From assembly GCA_951406725.2 (NCBI GenBank), contig OX597830.1:70804001-70868000 (forward strand): a stretch of DNA of 64,000 bases, given 5' to 3'. The notes beneath the pieces were generated by a model, which worked only from the letters and a program-made list of their open reading frames with translations, was not told the origin of the DNA and did not search any database. Position numbers and translations under genes: made by a program. The DNA comes from Octopus vulgaris (Eukaryota). Of this stretch, positions 13,211-24,541 are shown in pieces (the first letter of the stretch is position 1; each line of letters begins with the position of its first letter).

Positions 13211-13975
13211 GAGTGTGTGCGTGTATTTATGTATGTATATATGTATACATATTTATGTATATAATAAATATAAATATAGAAATTAAAAATCGGAAGGAGA
13301 CACAATTAGGCTATCGATTATCCTATGTTATTCTACAAAATAGGAAGTGGTTTATATCATATTAATTAACTGTTTCCGCTATCTTGTTGCCTCATTCCTT
13401 CCCGAATATTTCACCTTAGTGAGATAAAGATAATGCAAAGGGTTCCCGTTAACGACCACACGCACAAACACACACACACACTGACACCAAGCACACACAC
13501 ACACACCAAGCACACACGCACATAACACACTCTCAAACAGAAACACATAGATAATCAGTGAAAAAAAAAGCTTCACGAGGATAAGATGGATGTGGGGCAG
13601 GAATCGGGCCCCCACAGCGATCAGAGAAGTCAATAAAATGTTGTGATGGATATGTTGATGTTGAAATCCATAAAGTAAAAAAAAAAAAAAACAACGTAAG
13701 AACGGGGAAGAGACGTTTTCTTGAAGAATCAGATGGCAAAATCAGTCGAGTTGTGTGGTCTAGGAAGATTTCTTTGGAACGTTGCAGCGGCTTCGTCATG
13801 CGACACCTTTTATGGTCCTTGATGATGGCGGCATGGTTGGCTGGCCTGGAAGAAAAGAAGGAACAGAGATAAGGAATGATTTTTACGGGATATGCGAATG
13901 TATACATGTATATCTGTCTGTCTATCTATCTAAATATCTATCTATCTATCTATCTATATATCTATTTATCTATCA

Positions 13976-14036
<61 letters not shown>

Positions 14037-14048
14037 TCTATCTGTCTA

Positions 14049-14113
<65 letters not shown>

Positions 14114-14328
14114 TTATCTGTCTGTCTGTCTGTCTGTCTATCTACCGATCAATCTGTATGTATATATATATATATATATATATACGCGCATGTGTGTGAT
14201 TGTGTGTGTGTAATTATATAGGTATGTGTGTGTTTCATACTCACCGATACACGCATGTAGCACGTGAATACACCGTCGCACATACATAGGCATGCACATG
14301 CGCCTCTACACAACTACATATACCTATA

Positions 14329-14376
<48 letters not shown>

Positions 14377-14738
14377 TGTGTCTGTGTGTGTGCCTGACTG
14401 TGTAGGTAGGTAGATAGATCGGTAGATAGATATGCTAAACTATAGTGTAAAAAGTATGTTCATGTCTGTTATATTGTAGCTTGCATGTGTGCACGCGTTC
14501 GCGTGTCTGCATGCGCGCCATTGGGTGTGCGTGTGTATTAACACATAGATACGTACATTCATTTTGCACATGTAAGCACATATGCGCACTCCTAGATTCG
14601 CAAAAAAGGGATACGTACATACATATGGTGTTTTGGTTTTGGTTTCTTTCAACACAAATTCTGTGTATGTGACTGTGTGTGTGCGCGTGTGCGTGTATAT
14701 GTGTGTGTGCGTGTGTGATTACGTACAGAGGAAGAGAG

Positions 14739-14791
<53 letters not shown>

Positions 14792-14794
<3 letters not shown>

Positions 14795-14956
14795 AACCTT
14801 TCTCTATTTTCTCCTCCTGTTATTTCTGTATTCCTTTCTGTCGAAGAGCGTAGGCTCGAAACGTAAAAGACATTCTCACTTCCCGAGCGTTAAACTAATA
14901 TATGTGTTTGTTGTTTACACACCCGTTTTCGTCTTTTGTTTTTCTGTAAATTCTCA

Positions 14957-14958
<2 letters not shown>
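14792..14958 (+). mobile_element. PLE terminal-repeat fragment with HHR-like motif (14834-14869)
   Basis: Homologous to 18650-18872 and flanked by (GA)n and (TA)n. Motif CTTT-CTGTCGA-A-GAGC(gtag)GCTC-GAAA-CG-TA-AAAG. Confidence 0.6.
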
Positions 14959-14995
<37 letters not shown>

Positions 14996-15230
14996 GGCAC
15001 ACATGCATACATAACTACATACATATATACATACAAACATATTTATACCTATTCCTTTATCAATACATACACATATATATAGAGACGCACACACACACAC
15101 ACACACACATATATATACATACATACACACGTACGTACATACATACACATGCATGTATACATACAAGCACTTACCTATTTATACACATACGCATTCACAC
15201 ATATGCATGGTTCCTTATTCTACAATGTAA

Positions 15231-15643
15231 GCGTAGGAGTGGCTGTGTGGCAAGTAGCTTGCTTGCGAACCACATAGTTCCGGGTTCAGTCCCACTGCGT
15301 GGCACCTTGGACAAGTGTCTTCTACTATAGCCTAGGGCCGACCAAAATCTTGTGAGTGGATTGGGTAGACGGAAACTGAAAGAAGCCCGTCGTATATATA
15401 TGTATATACATATGTGTGTGTGTTTGCATGTTTGTGTGTCTGTGTTTGTCCCCAACATCGCTTGACAACCGATGCTGGTGTGTTTACGTCCCCGTAACTT
15501 AGCGGTTCTGCAAAAGAGACCGATAGAATAAGTACTGGGCTTACAAAGCATAAGTCCTGCGGTCGACTTGCTCGACTAAAGGCGGTGCTCCAGCATGGCC
15601 ACAGTCAAATGACTGAAACAAGTAAAAGAGTAAAAGAGTAAAG
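15231..15643 (+). mobile_element. Full-length family-B tRNA SINE
   Basis: tRNA-like head (TGGCTGTGTGG; GGTTCAGTCCC), CCTTGG(G/A)CAAGTG block, internal (TA)/(TG) tract and (AAAGAGT) tail. Confidence 0.9.
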
Positions 15644-16049
15644 AAGATAGGCTACACCCATTTCATTTCAGTCTTCCAAATATGTGTCATATTCGTCGAA
15701 TGAGCCTATTCTCTTGATGAACGATACTTTCATCACCGCTTTTTAAAAGGCGGGATGTAAAATCACAGTTCTGTAATTGTTTTACTACATCTATGAATCT
15801 GTAGAGCGCCGATTCCGCCTGGCTTGCCACTTTTTCCGTCTAGCAGATCAACGGTACTCGAAAACATTCGTAACTTGAGTACCATCTGATGAGAGGCATA
15901 AAACGGACTAACCGAAGAACACTTGCCGACAAACATTTCAAGATTACTTGAAGGCAGTCTTTAATTCGTAGAGTGGGGTGTCCAAGAATAGTTGCTGACT
16001 GAACATGATGAAGGGCGTTTGATGCCCAGAGGTCAATATATACATATAT

Positions 16050-16318
16050 TCTTTTATTCTTTTAATCTTTTACTTATTACACTCATTTTGACTGCGGCCG
16101 TCCTGGAGCACCGCCTTAAAGGGTTTTCGTCGAAGAATTTGACTCTAGGACTTATTGTTTGTAAGCCTAGTACTTTTTCTGTCGAGACTTTTCTTGCCGA
16201 ACCGCTAGGTTACAGGGGCGTAAACGCATTAACATCGTCTATCAAGGGATGGTGAAAAAGGTGGTGGGGGGACAAACATAAAGTCACACTCACACACACA
16301 CACACATATATATATACC

Positions 16319-16364
<46 letters not shown>

Positions 16365-16552
16365 GGTATATATATATGTGTGTGTGTGTGTGAGTGTGTG
16401 TGTATGTGTGTGTGTGTGTGTGTGTATACATTTATACGACGAGCTCCTTTCAATTTCCGAATACCAAATCCACTCACAAGTCTTTGGTCAGGCCGAGGCT
16501 ATAGTAGAAGACACTTGCCCAACCACGTGGTTGGGAAGCAAGCTTCTTACCG
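16050..16552 (-). mobile_element. Family-B SINE, diverged
   Basis: Reverse-complement match to 15231-15643, with an expanded internal microsatellite. Confidence 0.8.
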
Positions 16553-17371
16553 CCCATAATTCAATCACAGAAAATGAAATTAACGAGATCTTTTATTCAA
16601 AATCCCTACAATTGTTTCAACGCTTTCTCACACCTTTAGTACATAAACCGTAAATTATTTTACATCATAGATGTTGGGTGCATCTCCTCAGATGACTGTT
16701 GAAACAACTGTAGTGGTTGTGAAAAAAGAATTTCGTTCATTCCATCTTTTGTCTTTCATCTAAATAAAGTTTTGAATTTGTGTTAATATTGCTTTTCATT
16801 TCACATTTTTTATAGTAGGCCAACATCTGAATAGCCAACTAGCAAAACTGGTTTGGCAATATTTTAGGAGTAGATAACATCCGGTCTTGAAACTGAATTT
16901 ATCTCAAGATAATTTATTGGTTTGGATATGTTTTACGTTCATCAGCGTAAGTTTTCTGGACGTAAGGTATGAGACGTCTTCGAAAAGCCGTTTCGGTGCC
17001 GCTTATTTGGCGTCACTGATACAACGCTGACTTGTATGACATCAAACGTCTCTTCATCATCATCATTGTCAGCACAGATAACAGCTAACAGCTTATGAGA
17101 GTGCTTTAATTTGTGCGATCGCAGTCCTTGATTTGACAGTCAAGTCTCCCACAAACCACACTCTCCTGACATGAAAATAGAGAGCACATTGGATAATGAT
17201 GCTTAGGGTTTAGTTTACCCGAATAAAAAAACGAGATAGCCATGTCTAGTATCCTTTTGGTCATAGGTCTGTTCGATGGGTGATGAAGTGGAACTAAACG
17301 CAAGCAACAACAAGAACCAGAAAAAGAATGCTAAACGGTAACAGAAAAATAGTAATAGATACTACTACTAT

Positions 17372-17441
<70 letters not shown>

Positions 17442-17662
17442 GCTACTGTTGCTGCTGCTGCAGCTGCTGTTACAACTGTCGCTATTACAACAATAAAAAT
17501 AATGGTGAAGAACCCTTAAAAGATCACAAATTTAAAGGCAAAGCGAATAAATTTGAAATATAAAAACAAGACAACAAATATAAGCAATTATAGTTTCCAT
17601 GTTTATACGAGTATACATACATACATACATGAAAATATATGCATACATACATAACTTAACAT

Positions 17663-17702
<40 letters not shown>

Positions 17703-17816
17703 CATATGTATATATAAATACACACACACACACACGCAATCACATATATAAGAATATATGTAGATATCCGTAACATATATATATATATATATGAACAAAT
17801 ACGCATATGTATATAC

Positions 17817-17856
<40 letters not shown>

Positions 17857-18176
17857 TTGTATGCATATATAGATATATCTGTATATGTATGAATATATAT
17901 ATGTATACACATACACGCAATTGTTTGAAAATACTTCTTTAGATCCAAATAGAGGGTTTTGTATTGTTTTACATTCTGCACTTTGTTACTGGATGTTTGA
18001 AGCAATATGCAACATGTTTTGTAGTGCACTCGCCTTTTAAAAGGTACATTAGGTGCAATGAGTAAGAAAAAGGAAGTGAATACTTGTTTGAAGATTTTTG
18101 TTGTAATTGAGAATAAGACGAATTTAAACAATTTCATTATACACACACAAGATCACAGAGAGAGAGATGGAGGGGG

Positions 18177-18217
<41 letters not shown>

Positions 18218-18413
18218 AGAAAGATAGAAGGAGAGAAATTCACACACATTTACATTCGTTTATAACCATTATATCCAAGTATATATAAATACATATTGAG
18301 ACATACATAGATACATAAATGAATATGCACACACACATACATACATACATACACACATACATACATTCATGCATACATACATGCATATATACATACATAC
18401 ATACATACATACA

Positions 18414-18447
<34 letters not shown>

Positions 18448-18649
18448 CATGCGAACACATACGCATAGACTATACACGCACACACAGATACGTTTATCTG
18501 TCTTTCTGCCAGTATGAATGTATATATATGGATAAATAGATGGATATGCATGCATATACATATATATGTATGGGTATATATACAAATATACATATGTACA
18601 TATGTATATATATACATGTATACATTTATACAAATATTTACATATATAT

Positions 18650-18872
18650 CGCCATGTTGATTCGCTAGCTTCCGCACGCATTTTTTTCTCTCCTTTTTTT
18701 TCTCTCCTTGTTTCTTCCGTGTTTCTTTTCTGTGTATCTTTCTGTTGAAGAGCGTAGGCTCGAAACGTAAAAGACTTGTTTTATTTATATTCCTGAGCGC
18801 CATACTAATACAATTGTTTGTTTGTATTCCACCTGCCTTCGTCTTTTGTTTATTTTCATAAAGCTTCCCGTT
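18650..18872 (+). mobile_element. PLE terminal-repeat fragment with HHR-like motif (18737-18774)
   Basis: TCTTT-CTGTTGA-A-GAGC(gtag)GCTC-GAAA-CG-TA-AAAGA; flanked by TA-rich microsatellites. Confidence 0.6.
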
Positions 18873-18894
18873 ATATATATATGTGTATATATAT

Positions 18895-18962
<68 letters not shown>

Positions 18963-19034
18963 TATGTATATACATATATATGTATATACTCTTTATATAA
19001 TCTTTATATAATCTTTATTCTAACATCTAACATT

Positions 19035-20435
19035 TTAGGAATAGAAGCGATCACCTTCTGGCTGAATAACTACCCCTTTGAACTCCCAACTCGCATAAAC
19101 AAAGACCTTATATTAGAAGGACTTAGATTTATTTTAGAGAACAATTACTTTATTTTTGACAATAATTTCTACAGACAAAGATAGGGAACAGCGATGGGCA
19201 CGCGTACTGCACCATCTTTTGCCAACCTAGTGATGGGATACCTCGAGAAAATACTCTACCAGATAACACTCGAGAAATTTGGAAACACCTTCGCCACCTA
19301 TATCCATAAAAACTGGAAAAGATACCTCGATGACTGTTTCATCATCTGGGACAAAGGTATAGAGAAACTTGAGGAATTTAAAATACTATTAAATGGAATA
19401 AATGATAATATACAATTCACGATGGATCACAACGAAAGAGAATTACCATTTTTAGACATCCTCATTAAGAAAACCGGCAAAAAAAATACAGACAGATATC
19501 TACTATAAACCGACAGACTCCAAGCAATACCTACCCTTTGATTCATGCCACCCACGACACACTAGAATAAATGTCCCTTTTTTTTAGCTAGAAGGATCTG
19601 CACCATAATATCAGACACAAACACCCGACACACACGTCTCCAGGAACTTAGAACCACACTCACAAATAGAAACTATCCACAGCCCCTAATAGACAGTGCA
19701 ATCCAAAGGGCACTCAAATTAAGTATAGAAGACCTGAGACAAACAAAACCAAAAAAGAAATAACAATTAAAAACCCTTCCCTACATCTCTACACACAACC
19801 CGCTCAACAATGAGGCCTTCAGCACCATACTACAAAGCACAGCCCTACTAAAGGGAGACCCAAAGATGAACCGGATCCTCGAAACACACACCATCATTAA
19901 AAGTAAACGGCAACCAAAATCCTTGAAAAGGATTTTAACCCAAGCTAAACTGCACTCAACATCAACCACAAAACCAGCAGTTAGAAAATGTGGAAGGCCC
20001 AACTGCGGAATCTGTGTCATCTTGATAGAAGGTTCAGAATTTATACTAGAACAAGGCCACCAGTTCACCATTAGAGCAAACTTCACCTGCGCATCAGAAA
20101 ACTTAATTTACGTCATAACATGCGCAGGCTGCAATAGGCAGTATATAGGCCATACAAAAAATAGCTTACGTAACAGGATGGCGGTGCATAAATCACAAAT
20201 TAGAAACCCTGAATACCGGAAAATACCGGTCAGCGGACACATAGATAGATGTGCTGGAAATGTAAATCCGAAATTTACAACTTACCCGCTTTATAAATTC
20301 AGTAACAACGCAACCTTCACGCAACGCCAAAATAAAGAACTGTATTTCATCAAAAAATTTAGACCAAGTTTAAACACCCTGGGCCAGGAATATATTCGGA
20401 TTGGTCAACACATTGATGACGTCTCGTTCTGCTAG
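19035..20435 (+). pseudogene. 5'-truncated Penelope-like element ORF: RT C-half plus GIY-YIG endonuclease
   Basis: Motifs GTAMGTRTAPSFANL, RYLDDCF, LPFLD, YYKPTDSKQYL..SCHPRH, CGRPNCGIC and NLIYVITC..C..QYIGHT..LRNRM..H. Disabled by TAG at 19182, frameshifts in homopolymers (~19480, ~19580) and TAA at ~19761. Confidence 0.95.
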
Positions 20436-20760
20436 ACTGGCCACCTAACGGGACGATTGGTCAAAACAGTGATGACGTCCCGTTACGCTGGACTGGCCAC
20501 CTAACAGGATACAGACAAGGGGCAGATCTAATACAGCTATAGGTCGGGATTGGTCAGAATATTGATGACGTCCCGTTCTGCTTGACTAGCCACCTAACAG
20601 GATACAGACAAGGGGCAGATCTAATACAGCTATAGGTCGGGATTAGTCAGAATATTGATGACGTCCCGTTCTGCTTGACTAGCCACCTAACGAAACGATT
20701 GGTCAAAACGTTGATGACATCACGTTCCGCTGTACTGGCCACCTAACAAGTGATATAAAA
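20398..20760 (+). promoter_or_regulatory. Five-unit tandem array with inverted CCAAT and CRE-like motifs, followed by a TATA box, in the PLE 3' repeat
   Basis: Each unit is ATTGG...TGATGACGTC...GCCACCTAAC (one unit has ATTAG, one has GACATC). TATAAAA at 20754-20760. Confidence 0.55.
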
Positions 20761-20957
20761 CCCAAACAATTCACAAGGTTCGCCAGAACTGTCCAGCGGA
20801 CACCGACCAAAAGTCATCACAGTTGCTCAAGGTAAAATCTAAAATGAATTCCTCGCTCTTTCAAGAACATCAATTTTTTATATTGACTGCACATCACCAC
20901 TATGAACTATTTTTTATATTGAATGCATATCACCACTATGAACCACTGCATCATACT

Positions 20958-21180
20958 CTATAAACATATAGCATGAACTCACTTCACTATATATGAACTT
21001 TTGATGTCTGACTCTATTGTATATTATATATGAATTTTTTATATCTGATAGCATGAACTATCTTTTTTATAAACATATAGCATGAACTCACTTCACACTC
21101 TATATGAACTTTTGATGTCTGACTCTATTGTATATTATATATGAATTTGTTATATTTGATAGCATGAACTATCTTTTTTA
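20958..21180 (+). repeat. ~110-bp tandem duplication in the PLE 3' region
   Basis: TATAAACATATAGCATGAACTCACTTCAC...GATAGCATGAACTATCTTTTT occurs twice. Confidence 0.85.
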
Positions 21181-21187
21181 TATATAA

Positions 21188-21236
21188 TTTTTTTTGATAA
21201 GGTTCATCATTTCAAGAACCGAAACACGTTAAATAA
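21188..21236 (+). ncRNA. Minimal type-I hammerhead with U3-A8 core at the PLE 3' end
   Basis: TTT-TTGATAA-GGTTC(atcatttcaa)GAACC-GAAA-CACG-TT-AAA, at the position expected for a PLE terminal-repeat ribozyme. Confidence 0.6.
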
Positions 21237-21479
21237 ATAATGTATATATAAAAATTAAAAATTTGTCTAATATAGCAGCATTTTCGAACTTCATTTTTTA
21301 CAAATATATATATATGTATATATATATGTATATAATTTTTAAAATTTGGTGTCAAGAGGAGTGTGGTTGTTGACTCCAAATGTACCATAACTATATATGT
21401 ATATATGTATATATATACATATATATATATCTGTGTGTGTGTGTGTGAGTGTATACACACGCAAAACTAGATCCACTTG

Positions 21480-22975
21480 TGAACTCGTCAGTAACCTGTT
21501 CGATAATCTCCCTTAGAGAAATCTTTCAGCTGTGTCTAGCATGAAAATTTTTTTTCCGAAACTGCCTATCTCTAATCTCCATACTATTCTTACCTTTCGA
21601 ACAGGTAACTTTCTATTAAATCGCTCTATCACTGCATTTATTAACGTAGCTCTTTCACCTTCTCATTCTATCATCTCCGCCGTGACCTGGAGTTTGGTTC
21701 TGACCTCCGATTTCCTTCCTTTAAAGCATCAATGACTCACTTGTTGCCACATCCAATAACACCCATTATTATGCCAAAGACGCTATGCTTCATTCCTTTG
21801 TAACATTCCCATGGCATGCATTATCCACCCTCATTCTAGAATCACACGCCAAACACACATTGATGCCAGTAATAAAGGTCTCAACCACTGGGAAAATGCC
21901 AATTTTGTCCTCATCAACAGCAAGAAAACCCAAACGTTACACATATCAAAAGAACTTAACTGTACTATATATCGCTTTAACATGAACACCACTCAGTTTA
22001 ATCCCTCATGAAAGCTCTCACTCTCATTGAAGATCTCTATTGCTATGATGATAACACCCTTAACAGCTAGAAATGCATCCTAGTGACTCACCCCTTTCTT
22101 TAGAGCCAGAAGATATTTCAGTCCGTTCCAAAAATTATTGATATTTTACAAAGCCATGTGGGACTCTAAACGGAGTATTGCTCTCATAATTTGGGACATT
22201 GCAGCTGCCGCGCGCGAGCACACACACACACACACATACACACACACACAAGCACACAGAAATACGTATACACACACGCACGCTCACTCACGCACACACA
22301 CACAAGCACGCACATATATGCGCATACACACTCACCCCACACGCTTAAACACCGTAGACTGCATTAAGGAAAGACCACCGACTGATTGGCAGAAAGTCAC
22401 GTTTCAATCTTTGGCATACTGGCACGCTATCTCCTCCCTTTGTCTTTTCTATTGTGTGTTCCTTCTCGAGCCATGCTTGGCTCATAGAGGCCGGTTTCCC
22501 GGTTTCCTTGGCGTATAGGTTCCCCATCTGGACGGGACGCCTGTTCATTGTAGGTGAGTTGCAAGATGCAGGAGGAAAGAGTGAGTGAAAGTTGTGGCGA
22601 AAGAGTCAGCAGAAGTTCGCCATTAACTTCTGCCGGAGCTGCATGGAGCTTAGGTGTTTCGCTCATAAACACACACATCGCCCGGTCTGAGATTCGAACC
22701 TGCGATCGCTCGACCGCGAGTCCGCTGCTCTAACCACATGTGCCTCTTTTTTATTGCTTCTGTAATGGCCTCTGTCCCTCGGAGCTGGCTGACGTAGCTA
22801 CTTCCATTCAGATATTCCTCCATCAGTCATCTCTCCTCCCCTCACCTCACTTGTCTTCATACACTCCAACTAGTCATAAGGCTAAGTTCTTCCTTTCCAG
22901 TAGATTGACCCTCTAGATTTTCCTTCTTGCTTGTGTCTTTCCCATGGCTGCTGATTTACAAAACTTGAAGGAGCT
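21480..22975 (+). pseudogene. Highly decayed CR1/Jockey-type LINE RT and 3' end, interrupted by a microsatellite and a SINE
   Basis: Residual peptides FLLNRSI, HYYAKDA (YADD-like), W...N....NSKKTQ, LIFYKA and VFP...DLQ in LINE order. Confidence 0.6.
22452..22746 (-). mobile_element. Family-C tRNA SINE
   Basis: Reverse-complement match to 3008-3267; B box GGTTCGAATC. Confidence 0.85.
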
Positions 22976-23316
22976 TAAAGCCTAGGATGGTCTGTGAAGG
23001 GACCGACAGAATAAGTGCTAGGCTTCCAAAGAATAAGTCTTGGGATCGATTTGCTCGACTAAAGGCGGTGCTCCAGCATAGCCGCAGTCAAATGTTGAAA
23101 GAGAGAGTAAAGAGTATAAGGGTACACACTCATACACACACATACATCCGGTGCTCCAACATGGCTGCAGCTCTCGAGTTAAAATTAGTTATGGAATTAA
23201 AGAATATATTAAGTGTTTTTATAGTTAGGGATGGTCATACTTTGCCAATTAGACACACGCACTATAAATTTGATCTCTACTTCAGCTTTATTATTATTAT
23301 TATTATTATTATTATT

Positions 23317-23813
23317 GAGTGAGAGAGCAGTTCATGCCAACAAAGTGACACTGGGGTAAAATATACGAAGCCCAGTATACCCATCATGACTACCCGTCTG
23401 AAATAGAGTACACTAGGCACATGCATCACAACTATATGTGAACGACATGGTGATCTCATATCAAGATAAACAGCACATGACCTTGAAGGTGGGGTCCAGT
23501 TAGAATTTTCTTCTGGTCGAGTAGCCCATCCCACTCAAAAGGTCCCTGAATAAGGGTGGTTTAAGGATGTTGAACGAAACACCCATGTTTCCATAGGTGA
23601 ATTATTCAAACCCCAAAAATTCCTCTCAATACATGGCTATGACGCTCCCCCACTACTTCTGCTCGTGATCAGCGATACACATATCGTCAGCCACTAAGGG
23701 ACATAGTCAACTGGTTAAGGTCAAACAACTGACAAGCAAAACTGTGGTATTGAGCAGAATATTTGCTGTAGCCCATCTTTTATACCAAAGACAAAACAAT
23801 GTACATGATAACA
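23317..23813 (-). mobile_element. Interspersed repeat embedded in (ATT)n, probably the 3' UTR of a TAA-targeting non-LTR element (Dong/R4-like)
   Basis: Complex ~500-bp block with (ATT)n on both sides; the minus-strand end runs into (AAT)n. The family assignment is inference. Confidence 0.45.
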
Positions 23814-23844
23814 AAGTGTTGTTGTTGTTATTATTATTATTATA

Positions 23845-23931
<87 letters not shown>

Positions 23932-24334
23932 TTAGTTTCTTTGTCAAAGATCTTACATCACGCATTCTGTGAACTCTCCAACGACTCTTTATCCCACGTT
24001 TTTTCCTCTTGTTCCGCTTTTTCCAATTTGTCTTTCTGTGGCATGGGGTATGACACACTACAGAAGGACAAAATGGAAAAGTAGAACTAGAGGAGACGCG
24101 TGAGATAAGGAGTCGTTGAAGAGATCACAAAATGTGTGACAAAATAACTTAAACAAGGTAACGGAAATGATAATAATAAAGTTGAAGTGAAGACCAGTTG
24201 TATAGAGCCTGTGTTTAATTAGCGAAATATGATCATCTCCGACTATTACAATATTTGTTTTAACCCATGATTTCACATCAAGAATGTTGCAAAACAAATG
24301 CATAAACGTATTAGATTATACACACACACACGCA

Positions 24335-24389
<55 letters not shown>

Positions 24390-24510
24390 TTATATATATA
24401 TATGCACACGCATGTATATGTACATATATAAATATACATACATATATATATATACACATACACACACATATATATATTGTATACACATATATATGTGTGT
24501 GTATATATAC

Positions 24511-24541
<31 letters not shown>

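Noticed and set aside
14239-14245. Minus-strand GTGAGT donor that could pair with the 13845 acceptor
   Set aside because: Lies in GT-rich microsatellite-derived sequence where such matches arise by chance.
17200-17300. Possible minus-strand exon
   Set aside because: Contains AGACCTATGA(C/T)CAAA, shared with a repeat fragment at ~55540, so it is likely an old repeat.
20398-20750. CRISPR-like appearance of repeated units
   Set aside because: The 'spacers' are themselves repeated, the context is a eukaryotic PLE, and there are no cas genes.
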